Below are positions 1-9,564 of a DNA stretch of 64,000 bases, piece by piece. Within the stretch, counting starts at the first letter, position 1; every line of letters starts with the position of its first letter. The notes under the pieces were generated by a model. It had not been told where the DNA came from and searched no databases. It worked only from the letters and a program-made list of their open reading frames with translations. The stretch lies in assembly GCA_963666735.1 (NCBI GenBank), contig OY762926.1:256001-320000 (forward strand), written 5' to 3'. Source of the DNA: Gemmatimonadota bacterium (GTDB lineage Bacteria > Gemmatimonadota > Gemmatimonadetes > Palauibacterales > Palauibacteraceae). Both the position numbers and the translations under genes were made by a program.

Positions 1-50
1 CCTTCGCACGACGCAGTGCGATGCACGACGCCGCGAGGAGGGGCAGTGAT

Positions 51-869
51 ATGCGCAAAGTGATGCTCGTCACCGGAGCTTCGGCCGGGATCGGCCGGGA
101 GGTCGCGCTCCTGCTGGCTCGCGAGGGCCAGCACGTGTACGCCGCCGCCCGCCGGCTTGACCGCATGCGGGACCTGGCCGAACACGGGATCGTGCCCGTC
201 GAGATGGACGTCACGAAGGAAGACGACAACGAGCGGGCCGTGCGCCGGATCGTCGAGGAAGAGGGACGCATCGACGTCCTCATCAACAACGCGGGCTTCG
301 GGCTTTACGGGCCCGTCGAGGACATCCCGCTGGACGACGCGCGGTACCAGTTCGAGGTGAACCTGTTCGGCCTCGCCCACCTCACCCAGCTCGTTCTGCC
401 GCACATGCGGGCGCAGCGCTCGGGCCGGATCATCAACGTCTCGTCCATGCTGGGCAGGGTCTTCGTGCCCCTCGGCGCATGGTACCACGCCACGAAACAC
501 GCCCTCGAGGGATGGTCGGACTGCCTCCGCTGGGAGACGGCGCCGTTCAATATTCAGGTCGTCGTCATTCAGCCGGGCGCGATCAAGACGGAGTTCGCCG
601 CAGTGATGGGGGCCTGGATGCGGAAGTACGGCGAGGGCACCGCGTACAGGGCTCAGGTGGACCGGTTCCTCGGGATGATGGAAGACCCGGGGGTCAGGGC
701 ACGCGGCACCGAGCCCGAGGTCATCGCCAGGGTGTTCCTCGAAGCCGCGACGACGGCCAGACCGCGCCGGAGATACATCAGCGGGGCGATGGCGCGGCCC
801 ATGATGTTCCTCAGGAAGTGGTGCGGCGACGGGGTCTACGAATTCGTGCTTCGCCGGGCGCTCCGATGA
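51..869 (+). CDS. Short-chain dehydrogenase/reductase (SDR) family oxidoreductase
   Basis: TGASAGIG Rossmann motif, NNAG, catalytic YHATK; ATG at 51 preceded by GAGGAG. Confidence 0.93.
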   Translation: MRKVMLVTGASAGIGREVALLLAREGQHVYAAARRLDRMRDLAEHGIVPVEMDVTKEDDNERAVRRIVEEEGRIDVLINNAGFGLYGPVEDIPLDDARYQFEVNLFGLAHLTQLVLPHMRAQRSGRIINVSSMLGRVFVPLGAWYHATKHALEGWSDCLRWETAPFNIQVVVIQPGAIKTEFAAVMGAWMRKYGEGTAYRAQVDRFLGMMEDPGVRARGTEPEVIARVFLEAATTARPRRRYISGAMARPMMFLRKWCGDGVYEFVLRRALR

Positions 870-976
870 CCGGTCCGGCGTCGGCGGAGCCCAACGGATT
901 CTCGGGTTGACGAACTCGAGTGCGCGCCCCGCGCCGCCGAGTCGACACACTTCTTCAAGTGTGATATCATAGAGCC

Positions 977-1555
977 ATGCCACTTGATACTACCACAGGG
1001 AAGTCCCGTCCTTCAGGCCGCTTCGTGCTTCGTATCGATCCCGGCCTGCACGGCGCGCTTCGCTCGGCCGCGCATGCCTGGGCCACGTCACTCAACGAGT
1101 ACTGTGCACGCAAACTGGCGTCTCCGGGCGCGTGGCTGGACGAAGAGGCCTGCGGCCTGATCGGGCGAGCGGCGGCGCTTCTCGGCGAATCGCTGATCGG
1201 GGTCGTCGCCTTCGGCTCCTGGACGCGCGGCGAGAGCCGGGCGGCTTCGGACTTCGATGTCCTGCTGATCGTCGAGGACTGTGTCCCCATTGCAAGGGAA
1301 CTGTACCGGCGGTGGGACAGCGAGCCCGCCCTTCATTGGCGCGGCCACGAGGTCGAGCCGCACTTCGTCCACCTCCCGTCCGGGGGAGCCGTGCCCTCCG
1401 GCACATGGGCGGAGGTGGCGACCGACGGTATCGTGCTCCATGAGCGGGGCCTGGAGGTATCGGCACGGCTCGCGGGTATCCGCAGGATGATCTCGGCGGG
1501 CCGGATCTCCCGCCGCCTCGTCCACGGGCAGTCGTATTGGGTGCGGGCCGGTTGA
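977..1555 (+). CDS. HicB-like RHH domain fused to minimal nucleotidyltransferase (MNT) antitoxin
   Basis: N-term SGRFVLRIDPGLH..SLNEYC (HicB-like RHH); GSWTRGESRAASDFD = GS-x10-DxD MNT motif. Confidence 0.82.
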   Translation: MPLDTTTGKSRPSGRFVLRIDPGLHGALRSAAHAWATSLNEYCARKLASPGAWLDEEACGLIGRAAALLGESLIGVVAFGSWTRGESRAASDFDVLLIVEDCVPIARELYRRWDSEPALHWRGHEVEPHFVHLPSGGAVPSGTWAEVATDGIVLHERGLEVSARLAGIRRMISAGRISRRLVHGQSYWVRAG

Positions 1556-1983
1556 TGCGGAACGTCGGGCTGGCCGCGGACTATGTCCGGCGTGCAAGGA
1601 TCCGGCTTGGGGCCCTGGACGTGCTGTTCAAGGAAGAAAGCTGGCCGGATGTCGTTCGGGAATCGCAGGAGATTGTGGAGTTGGCGCTGAAGGGGCTGCT
1701 TCGCTGGTGCGGAGTCGACCCGCCCCGGATCCACGACGTCTCGGATGTGCTGCTCGCGGAGAAGGACCGGTTACCCCCGGAGGTGGCCCGTGAAGCCCGG
1801 GCCCTTGCAGACTCGTCGCGCCACCTGCGCCGGGACCGCGAACTCGCGTTCTACGGGGCCGAGGATCTGACGCCGACCGGATTCTACTCGAGAACGGACG
1901 CGGTGAGCGCTCGCGACGCCGCGCGCCGAACCGTGGAGGTAGTGTATCCGCATGTCATGGAAGAAGTGGGAGAAGAGGGATGA
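1555..1983 (+). CDS. HEPN domain protein (HEPN/MNT toxin-antitoxin partner)
   Basis: SQEIVELALKG, PPRIHDV and RELAFYG motifs; TGATG overlap with MNT gene. Confidence 0.85.
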   Translation: MRNVGLAADYVRRARIRLGALDVLFKEESWPDVVRESQEIVELALKGLLRWCGVDPPRIHDVSDVLLAEKDRLPPEVAREARALADSSRHLRRDRELAFYGAEDLTPTGFYSRTDAVSARDAARRTVEVVYPHVMEEVGEEG

Positions 1984-3595
1984 CGGCGCCACGGTCCCGG
2001 CGGTGGGGCGCTCCGTGACTTTGCCCCGGCTGGCGGCCTGCACCGCGGTCGCGGCTGTCATCGCCGCGTGCAACGGCGCCGCGCCCCCGGCCGATGCCTT
2101 TCTCACGCGGGCGGAACGCACCGAGTATCGCGAGACCAGTTCCTATGCCGACGTCGTGGATTTCATCGAGCGCGCGGCGGCGAGCGATGCGTCGGTCCAC
2201 TACACGACCTACGGCTACACGAACGAGGGGCGGGCGCTTCCCCTGGCCGTGGTGGGCGACGTCGGCGACGCGAGTCCGGCGTCCGTCCGGGCTTCCGGCA
2301 AGACCGCCGTCTACCTGCAGGGCAACATCCACGGCGGCGAGGTGTGCGGGAAAGAGGCGCTCCAGATGCTGCTCCGCGACCTCCTCGGCGGCCGCCACGG
2401 CGAATGGCGGGAGTCGATGGTCCTGCTCATCGCGCCGATCTACAACGCGGACGGCAACGAACGGGTGACCCTCACGAACCGCGGCCGCCAGCACGGGCCG
2501 GTCGGAGGGATGGGCCAGCGGCCGAACGCCCAGGGCTATGATCTGAACCGGGATCACATGAAGCTCGACTCGCCCGAAGCGCGGTCGGTGGCGCGGCTGT
2601 TCGGCGAGTACGATCCGCACGTCGCCGTCGACCTGCACACGACGAACGGGACGCGGCACGCGTACCACCTCACCTACTCGCCCCCGCTCCACCCCAACAC
2701 GCCGCCCGAGATCGACGATTTCCTGCGGGAGGGACTCTTCCCTCACGTGACCGGGGAGATCCGTGAGAAGTACGGCTGGGAGTACTACTACTACGGGAAC
2801 GCGTCCTCGCGGGGTGGGGACGCCCGCGGCTGGTACACCTTCGACCACCGCCCCCGCTTCAACAACAACTACATCGGCCTCCGCAACCGGATCGCGATCC
2901 TGAGCGAGGCCTACTCGTACGCGACGTTCGAGGAGCGGGTGCTCGCGACGCTCTACTTCGTGGAGGAGATCCTCGACTACGTGCATGAACACGCGGCCGA
3001 CGTGCGGCGCATCGTGGCGGATGCCGATGCCGCCGGCGTGACGGGCGATTCGCTTGCGCTGCGCGCCGTCCCTGAACGCTCGGCCGCCCCGGTCGACATC
3101 CTCATGGGCGCCACCGTCGAGGAGGCCCACCCCCTCACCGGGCGTCCGCTGCTCCTGCGCGCCGATACGATGTACGTCGAGACGATGTACGAATACGGGA
3201 CGTTCGCGCCGACGCTGCGCGGGCGTGTGCCGGAGGCGTACCTGATTCCCTCGGATCTGGGGGATGTCCTGACCCGGCTCGCGGCGCACGGCGTCGCGCT
3301 CGAATCGGCGGGGGCGTCGCCCCTGGAGGTGGAGGCGTTCCGCATCGATTCGGTGCGCACCGCCGAGCGGCCGTTCCAAGGACGCAACGAGCAGGCACTC
3401 TTCGGCGGCTACGAGGCGGACCACGTGACTCCGAACCCCGGAGACATGCTGGCCCGGACCGGCCAGCCGCTGGGACGACTCCTGTTCAGCCTGCTCGAGC
3501 CGCAGTCGGACGATGGCTTCGCGAACTGGGGATTCCTGGCCGGCCGGCTGCGCCCCGGCGAGGCGTATCCCATCCGGCGCGTCCCGGGCGGCTGA
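1952..3595 (+). CDS. M14 family zinc carboxypeptidase-like metallopeptidase, probable lipoprotein
   Basis: NIHGGE (HxxE), YNADG, DLNRD, DLHTTNG; lipobox-like IAAC; true start may be slightly downstream. Confidence 0.88.
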   Translation: MSWKKWEKRDDGATVPAVGRSVTLPRLAACTAVAAVIAACNGAAPPADAFLTRAERTEYRETSSYADVVDFIERAAASDASVHYTTYGYTNEGRALPLAVVGDVGDASPASVRASGKTAVYLQGNIHGGEVCGKEALQMLLRDLLGGRHGEWRESMVLLIAPIYNADGNERVTLTNRGRQHGPVGGMGQRPNAQGYDLNRDHMKLDSPEARSVARLFGEYDPHVAVDLHTTNGTRHAYHLTYSPPLHPNTPPEIDDFLREGLFPHVTGEIREKYGWEYYYYGNASSRGGDARGWYTFDHRPRFNNNYIGLRNRIAILSEAYSYATFEERVLATLYFVEEILDYVHEHAADVRRIVADADAAGVTGDSLALRAVPERSAAPVDILMGATVEEAHPLTGRPLLLRADTMYVETMYEYGTFAPTLRGRVPEAYLIPSDLGDVLTRLAAHGVALESAGASPLEVEAFRIDSVRTAERPFQGRNEQALFGGYEADHVTPNPGDMLARTGQPLGRLLFSLLEPQSDDGFANWGFLAGRLRPGEAYPIRRVPGG

Positions 3596-3653
3596 CCCGC
3601 AAGCCGCCGTTTCGCCTCCGTCTGGCGGGAACGGCTCCTCGAAAGGACACGGC

Positions 3654-4016
3654 GTGCAAAACGTTCAGGGTGTCGGCGGATTCTTCTTTCGGGCGAAGGA
3701 TCCGGAAGGACTCACGAAATGGTATCGGGATCACCTCGGCATCAATCCCGCTCCGAGGGACATGGAGATGGTGCCTTGGGTGTCCGAGTCCGGGGTCACG
3801 GTGTTCGCGCCCTTCGCTGCCGACACGGACTATTTCGCGGCGGACAAGGCCTTCATGCTGAATTTCCGGGTGGCCGACCTGGACGCGATGATCGCACAAC
3901 TGAAGTCTGCGGATATCGAGGTCAGCCACGAGAGCGAGATGGAGGGCGTCGGCCGCTTCGCCCGCATCCACGACCCCGAAGGCAACCCCATCGAGCTGTG
4001 GGAACCCGCGTCGTAA
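3654..4016 (+). CDS. VOC family (glyoxalase/bleomycin resistance) protein
   Basis: GVGGFFFRAKDP..WY, MLNFRVADLD, DPEGNPIELWEP; GTG at 3654 after GAAAGGA. Confidence 0.9.
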   Translation: MQNVQGVGGFFFRAKDPEGLTKWYRDHLGINPAPRDMEMVPWVSESGVTVFAPFAADTDYFAADKAFMLNFRVADLDAMIAQLKSADIEVSHESEMEGVGRFARIHDPEGNPIELWEPAS

Positions 4017-4027
4017 GATCTCATGCT

Positions 4028-4071
4028 GTCATAATGAAGCTGATTTCCTTACATTACGACTTCATTGCGAC
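4028..4071. promoter_or_regulatory. Imperfect inverted repeat upstream of the fitA/vapC pair, probable autoregulatory operator
   Basis: GTCATAATGAAG (4028-4039) vs CTTCATTGCGAC (4060-4071), 10/12 complementary, in an AT-rich intergenic gap. Confidence 0.45.
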
Positions 4072-4092
4072 GTTGACGCAGGCGGGGGGCAC

Positions 4093-4482
4093 TTGGGAGT
4101 TCTCACGATTCGGAACGTGGATGACGACGTAATCGCGGCGCTGAAGCGACGGGCCAAGGCCAACCACCGCTCGCTGGAGGGCGAACTGCGCCACCTGCTG
4201 GCCCGTCATGCGGTTGCGACGCCCACGCTCGGCGTCGTGCGCGAGCAGGCCCGGATGGCCGCCCGCTATCAGGTGACTTCGGCGGTCCCGAAAGCCGCGC
4301 CCGACGCGGCCGCGGCCGAGGCTGCGAGGGGTCACGTCCCGGCGGAGCACGGGGCATGGATGGGGGCGATGAGCGATGTCGGTGAGATCGTCGGCGACAT
4401 CGTATCCCCGGCGGCCGATTCCTCGGAGTGGGCCGCGCTGCACTCAGAGGCTGACGCGTCGAACGACGATCCGACGCTGTGA
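4093..4482 (+). CDS. FitA-like ribbon-helix-helix antitoxin
   Basis: LTIRNVDDDVIAALKRRAKANHRSLEGELRHLL; GTGA overlap with PIN gene. Confidence 0.82.
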   Translation: MGVLTIRNVDDDVIAALKRRAKANHRSLEGELRHLLARHAVATPTLGVVREQARMAARYQVTSAVPKAAPDAAAAEAARGHVPAEHGAWMGAMSDVGEIVGDIVSPAADSSEWAALHSEADASNDDPTL

Positions 4483-4874
4483 AGCTGCTCCTCGATACCC
4501 ACATCTGGCTCTGGAGCATGCTGGATCCGGATCGGCTCTCCCGTCGGGCCCGCCGCGAACTAACCGCCTCGGCGAACACCCTGGCGCTGTCGCCGGTGAG
4601 CGTCTGGGAAGCGTTGGTGCTCGCCGACAAGGGACGTGTGATCCTCCATCCCGATCCGTGGAGCTGGATCCGTACGGCTCTCACCGTTCGGCCAATGAAC
4701 GAAACCCCGCTGACGTTCGAGGTGGCCTTCGGCAGCCGCAGCATCCGCCTCGGCCATGATGATCCGGCCGATCGCTTCATCGCGGCCACCGCCATGGTAC
4801 ACGATCTCACGCTGGTCACGGCGGACGCCGCGCTGCTCGAGTGTCCCGACATCAAGGTGCTGCCGGGCGCCTGA
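4479..4874 (+). CDS. vapC: VapC family PIN-domain toxin
   Basis: LLLDTHIWLW, SPVSVWE, HDDPADRFIAATA, LVTAD. Confidence 0.92.
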   Translation: MKLLLDTHIWLWSMLDPDRLSRRARRELTASANTLALSPVSVWEALVLADKGRVILHPDPWSWIRTALTVRPMNETPLTFEVAFGSRSIRLGHDDPADRFIAATAMVHDLTLVTADAALLECPDIKVLPGA

Positions 4875-4897
4875 CCGGCGGAGACGGTCCGGCACCG

Positions 4898-6487
4898 CTA
4901 CGGATCGCGCGCCAGGGACTTGAGCAGCCCGGCGATCATGAACAACAGGACGACGCTCACCGGCAGGGCGGCGGCTATGGCGGCGGTTTGCAGGGCCCGG
5001 AGGCCATCGGCGAGCAGCAGCACGGCGGCCACCGCTCCCACGCCGAGTCCCCAGACGATGCGGAAACGCTGCGGAGGGTGGGGATCGCCCATGCTGAGGA
5101 AGGTGGTGATGACCAGGGTGCCGGAGTCCGAGGACGTGATGAACCACGTCGCCAGCAGGAGGGTGGCCATGGCGGACATGGCCCAGGTGAGCCAGTCGGT
5201 GTCGCTCATCCGGTCGATCGTCGCGTAGAGCGCGGCTTCGTAGTTCCCGCCCCGCACCAGCTCGATGATCCCCGCCGTCCCGGCGCCGCCCGGGGCGTTG
5301 AGCTCCAGGTGGATGGCGCTGCCGCCGAAGATTCCGAACCACACGAGCGCCAGGCCGGTCGGGACCACCAGCACGCCCAGGATGAACTCGCGCAGCGTGC
5401 GCCCGCGGGAAATGCGGGCGATGAACGTGCCGACGAAGGGCGCCCAGGAGATCCACCATCCCCAGTAGAAGATCGTCCAGGCGTTCTGCCAAGCCGTCTC
5501 CCCCGGGCCATCGGCGATCCAGAATCCCATGGGCAAGACGCGCCACAGGTACTGGCCGGCGGAGGTGGCAATGAACTTGACGAGCCATGTGAAGGGGCCC
5601 AGCAGCAGGAAACACCCCAGGAGGAGGACGCTCAGGCCGATATTCCACTCGGAGATGATGCGGATCCCGCGCCGGACGCCGGACACCGCCGACAACGTGG
5701 CCGCCAGCGAGATGGCGGCGATGAGCGCGACCTGCGTGAGGAGACCCGGATCGACGCCGAACAGCACGTCGAGTCCGGTCGCCATCTGGCTGGCCCCGAG
5801 CCCCAGGGAGGTCGCGATGCCGAAGACCCCGCCGAACACCGCGAGCAGATCCACCAGGTTGCCGACCGGGCCATATATCCGGTCGCCGATGAGCGGGTAC
5901 AGGGCGGAGCGCAGCGTCAGCGGCAGCTTCTTGCGGAACCCGAAGTAGGCCAGGCACAGCCCCACCAGCACGTACGCGGACCAGCCGTGGATGCCCCAGT
6001 GAAAGTAGGTGACGCGCATGGCGTGTACGGCCCGCCGCTCGTCCATCGACACGTCGCCCGCCAGGTCGGCGACCGGGTTGTTGGGGTACCCCGCGGCCTG
6101 GCTGTTGTCGAAATAGAACAGCGGCTCGGCGATGGAGAAGAACAGCAGTCCGATCCCGACGGCTGCCGAGAACAGCATGGCGAGCCAGGAAAACCTGCTG
6201 AACTCGGGCGAGGAGTCCTCATCGCCGAGCCGGATCCTGCCGAACCGGCTGCACACCAGGAACAGGCAGGTGAACAGGCAGGCGCAGACGGTCAGGACAT
6301 AGAACCAGTCGAGCGTCCCCTCGACCCAGCCGCGGACGCGCCCGAACACGGCGCCGGCGGCCTCCACGTCCCACACCGTGGCGAGGACGAAGGCCAGCAC
6401 GACGCCCTTGGCGGCCAGCGCCATCCCGGGATTCAGCCCCTTCCACAGGCCGCCCTGCGCCGTGGTGCGCCGGCGCCGCCCGCTCAA
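4898..6487 (-). CDS. BCCT family (betaine/carnitine/choline) transporter
   Basis: SWLAMLFSAAVGIGLLF, FHWGIHGW, WTIFYWGWWISWAPFVGTFIARISRGRTLREF, TSSDSG. Confidence 0.95.
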   Translation of the reverse strand: MSGRRRRTTAQGGLWKGLNPGMALAAKGVVLAFVLATVWDVEAAGAVFGRVRGWVEGTLDWFYVLTVCACLFTCLFLVCSRFGRIRLGDEDSSPEFSRFSWLAMLFSAAVGIGLLFFSIAEPLFYFDNSQAAGYPNNPVADLAGDVSMDERRAVHAMRVTYFHWGIHGWSAYVLVGLCLAYFGFRKKLPLTLRSALYPLIGDRIYGPVGNLVDLLAVFGGVFGIATSLGLGASQMATGLDVLFGVDPGLLTQVALIAAISLAATLSAVSGVRRGIRIISEWNIGLSVLLLGCFLLLGPFTWLVKFIATSAGQYLWRVLPMGFWIADGPGETAWQNAWTIFYWGWWISWAPFVGTFIARISRGRTLREFILGVLVVPTGLALVWFGIFGGSAIHLELNAPGGAGTAGIIELVRGGNYEAALYATIDRMSDTDWLTWAMSAMATLLLATWFITSSDSGTLVITTFLSMGDPHPPQRFRIVWGLGVGAVAAVLLLADGLRALQTAAIAAALPVSVVLLFMIAGLLKSLARDP

Positions 6488-6665
6488 CGACCGAATGGCT
6501 TGTAGACCCAGGGGGTTCGGGTCATCGCTTGTGCCCCTCCGTGTCCGAGTCCTTCCGGATTTCCCTCCATGCTAACATCGTGTCCGCCCTCGAAGCCTCA
6601 CCCGGACGTTCCCGCGGGAACGTCTTCGCACGACATTACGCGACCCACCGCCCGGCGTGCGCCGC

Positions 6666-7652
6666 TTAACTCGCGATGCGCCGCCGCCGTCGGACCGGGG
6701 TCACCGTTCGGCGTATGTACCGGGCCACCTCGCGCATGCCGTCGACGCCGATCCGGGCTCCGAGCGTCTGGTTGTAGTTCGTCGTCCCGTTGATGTCGTA
6801 CGTGTAGCGGTGGCCCCACGCGTCCCGCACGTATTCGATGCCGGCGATCTCGATCCCCTCCTTGTTGCAGAGCCGGACGTACCGCTGCACCAGCGGGTCG
6901 TCCTCCGCGACCGGCGAAGGGTTGAAGAGACCGGGGCCGGCCGGACCCACCTGGGGCGCCTCTTCCTCGTTCCTCCCGGACGGCATCGGATTGCACGCAT
7001 CCGAGGGGCAGAGCTCGAACCCGTCGGCCGTGGAACTCCGCATGGCGAACGCGAAGCGGCCGCCCACGATCTCGACTCGCGTGATGAACGGCTCCGGGGC
7101 GCGGATGTACTGCTGGAGGATTATCCTCGCGCCGGGCCCCGCGTCGAAGCTGTCGCTGTCGAGATGACTCTCGAGTTCACCGGCGTCGTGGAAGAGATGG
7201 ATCCCCAGCCCCTTGCCGCCCTGGTCGTGCTTGGTGATGAACGGGCCGTCGAAGGTGGCGGCCGCGTCGAGCAGGTGCCTCCTCCCCACCGCCAGCACGG
7301 TGCGCGGCGTGCGGATCCCGTGCCGCCGCAGGACGAGGTCCTGCCGGAGCTTGCTCATCTCCAGCTCGAAGGCGCACAGCCCGTTGATCACCCGGCGGCC
7401 GTGGGACTCCAGCCAGTACAGGAACTGGCGGGCCAGCTCCACCGTGTGGACGTGGTCGCGCGTGTGCGACGAGGGGCTGATGCGATTGATCCAGATGCCC
7501 TCGGGCGGAGGAGCCGACGGGTCGACGAGCCCCTCGTTCACATGCACGAGGCGGACCCGGAAGCTCTCCCGCGCGAGCGCCTCCTGAAGCGGCGGAATCC
7601 AGGCCGGGTTTTCGTACAGGACGTGTATCTTCGGCAAAGCAGGACGCATCAT
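6666..7652 (-). CDS. RimK/GshB-like ATP-grasp ligase (alpha-L-glutamate ligase-like)
   Basis: NRISPSSHTR, ITKHDQGGKGLGI, LQQYI, RVEIVGG, GIEY, YDINGTTNYN. Confidence 0.85.
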   Translation of the reverse strand: MMRPALPKIHVLYENPAWIPPLQEALARESFRVRLVHVNEGLVDPSAPPPEGIWINRISPSSHTRDHVHTVELARQFLYWLESHGRRVINGLCAFELEMSKLRQDLVLRRHGIRTPRTVLAVGRRHLLDAAATFDGPFITKHDQGGKGLGIHLFHDAGELESHLDSDSFDAGPGARIILQQYIRAPEPFITRVEIVGGRFAFAMRSSTADGFELCPSDACNPMPSGRNEEEAPQVGPAGPGLFNPSPVAEDDPLVQRYVRLCNKEGIEIAGIEYVRDAWGHRYTYDINGTTNYNQTLGARIGVDGMREVARYIRRTVTPVRRRRRIAS

Positions 7653-7729
7653 GGGTTTTCTCCCAGGTTGAACCGGTTGAACGGGCTTCGGGACGGCGGA
7701 AGACGACGGCGGGCGGCGGATCAGGGCAC

Positions 7730-7762
7730 AAAAAAACCGCCCGGGCCGGCGGACCGGGGCGG
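7730..7762 (-). terminator. Rho-independent terminator (attenuator) in the leader of the ATP-grasp/BCCT operon
   Basis: GC-rich hairpin CCGCCCCGGTCC..GGCCCGGGCGG followed by T7 on the minus strand, about 80 nt upstream of the ATG at 7652. Confidence 0.75.
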
Positions 7763-7795
7763 CTCGAAGACGGTTTGAGCTAAGGGCTCAGCGCA

Positions 7796-7909
7796 TCAAC
7801 ACACCCGGATCCACGCCTCGTGGCGACACGAACACATACAAGCGCAGGTCGTACCGACGCGGGTCGCTCCGCGGGCGCGGACGGGTCGGATGTTGGGCGC
7901 GTGGATCAT
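7796..7909 (-). CDS. Putative Cys/Met-rich attenuator leader peptide (37 aa)
   Basis: MIHAPNIRPVRARGATRVGTTCACMCSCRHEAWIRVC*, ending 33 nt before the terminator. Confidence 0.65.
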   Translation of the reverse strand: MIHAPNIRPVRARGATRVGTTCACMCSCRHEAWIRVC

Positions 7910-8175
7910 GGCGAGCGAAGATGCGTGCGTGGGCATCGCGGAGCAACTTTGAGGGCGAGGTTGACGATGAACAACGCCTGCCGACCCTCGGTCTCTGTTG
8001 GATCCTCGCGCTCCTGTTTCATCCCCGCGAGGATCGTCCGTTTGTGGTCGCCGAAATCGACCCTGAGCCGAACGAGCTTGTTGGATCCTTCGACGTCGCC
8101 GACGCTCTCGATCGTGCCGACGCGGGCGTCGACCTGATTGACGACGGCGATGCTGATGGCGGCAGCCCCCGATTC
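7906..8175 (-). pseudogene. Truncated tRNA-binding (CsaA/Trbp111/MetG C-terminal-like OB-fold) gene remnant
   Basis: Manual translation: ISIAVVNQVDARVGTIESVGDVEGSNKLVRLRVDFGDHKRTILAGMKQERE..GRQALFIVNL; no start codon, C-terminal part missing; not in the ORF track. Confidence 0.75.
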
Positions 8176-9564
8176 TCAGTCCGGTTCTGCCGCGCCGACT
8201 CCCATTTGTTCCAAGTGATTCCGACCCGCCGGGGTGAGCCGGAACCGCTGGTTTCGGCTGCCTGGTTTTTTCGGGATCGTCATCTCGATCCAGCCCTCCT
8301 GCAAGCAGGGTCTCAGGTACCTCTCTCGCAGATTCCCCACATCCCGGAGCTTGAGGGCAGTGAGGAGGTCCTGTCGGCTCATTTCGGCGGAGATGACCAG
8401 CAGCAATCTCTCCGGAGACCTGGCTGAGGATGTTTGAGGGGTGGACTCCGACACATTTTCGACGGCGCCACCCACGGGCTCGTCCACGCGGTCCTCGCGC
8501 ACTTCCCATCTCTCGGCAAGAGGAAGGTCGTACTGTCCAGCCCCAGACCGTGAAACGGGTGCGGGCGTCCGGTCTCGCAGAGGGGCGTCATGGAGAATTC
8601 GCCGCAATTGGTCCGGCGTCTTCGGGTTCGGCCAGGGCGCCGCGCCGCGATCAAGCAGGCTCTTGAGGCCCGTAGAGCGTGGGCCGCTGGCGCGAACGTA
8701 TACCGGTGCGAATCTCAGCTTGTCGAGCTGCTCCGTCGCGCCCGCCCATGTGCCTCCACGCCCCCGGTCAGAGTTCACCACCAGGGCCGCGTCGGCCAGC
8801 GCGTAGATGAGCTTGTTGCGCTGCATGGCATGGCCCACCAAGAAACGAGCCGACGGGTCGTAGGGACAGACGAGCACGAGCCGTCCGCCAATCAAGAAAG
8901 TGCGATTGCCTCGGTTCAGGGCCGCCCGTTCGAGCCCGTTGGCCAATACGCCGACGGACCGGCCGCCGGCTTCCAGCGCACCTCTCATTGCGGCTTGGTC
9001 CGTTCCGCGCGCGCCGCCCGAGACAACGGCCATCGTCGCTCCTGCGGCGAGCCGACCCACATCCTCCGCGTACTTGACGAGGTCCTCGTTCACTTCGCGC
9101 GAGCCGACCACCGCCAGTCCGCCACCGTTCAGAATCGTGCGGTCACCGCAACCGTAGAGAACCGGCGGGGCGTTTTCCCGCAGCCGCACCTTCAGCCCTC
9201 GTGGATAGTCGGGATCGGCGCGCGTCGTGATCCACAAGGCGCGCGCCCGCCAACGCTCGACCGCCTGAGCAAGGAGGAATCCGCGCCCGATGAGCTGCCG
9301 GATTCTCTCCCCTTCAAGGTTCGTGCCGGATGCGCGCAGCGTTTCGGTCGCGTCGCTGCCGAGCAGGTCTGCCGGCTCTCGCTGGACTGCCCGTAGCTGA
9401 CGGGCGAAGTCACGGTACTCGGCAGCGCTCAACGGCTTCAGATTCGGGAGAGGGGTGCGCCTCCCGCCCGTCGCCGGTCGCTTGGAACGCTTGCGCCCGC
9501 CGGTGAGCAAAGGCGCGGTCAAGAGGAGGATTGCCTGCGCGTTCGGACTGAGGTTCGCGTTCAT
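8176..9564 (-). CDS. dprA: DprA/Smf-domain protein (RqlI-like) with C-terminal winged-helix (Fic-C-like) domain
   Basis: [45 protein letters not shown]-term [34 protein letters not shown] coupling to the helicase. Confidence 0.9.
   Translation of the reverse strand: MNANLSPNAQAILLLTAPLLTGGRKRSKRPATGGRRTPLPNLKPLSAAEYRDFARQLRAVQREPADLLGSDATETLRASGTNLEGERIRQLIGRGFLLAQAVERWRARALWITTRADPDYPRGLKVRLRENAPPVLYGCGDRTILNGGGLAVVGSREVNEDLVKYAEDVGRLAAGATMAVVSGGARGTDQAAMRGALEAGGRSVGVLANGLERAALNRGNRTFLIGGRLVLVCPYDPSARFLVGHAMQRNKLIYALADAALVVNSDRGRGGTWAGATEQLDKLRFAPVYVRASGPRSTGLKSLLDRGAAPWPNPKTPDQLRRILHDAPLRDRTPAPVSRSGAGQYDLPLAERWEVREDRVDEPVGGAVENVSESTPQTSSARSPERLLLVISAEMSRQDLLTALKLRDVGNLRERYLRPCLQEGWIEMTIPKKPGSRNQRFRLTPAGRNHLEQMGVGAAEPD

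Noticed and set aside
8176..8178. Selenocysteine or programmed readthrough of the dprA TGA into the tRNA-binding fragment
   Set aside because: No convincing SECIS-like hairpin, and the downstream domain is truncated anyway
7921..8427. 168-aa plus-strand ORF
   Set aside because: Antisense shadow of the tRNA-binding remnant and the dprA 3' end
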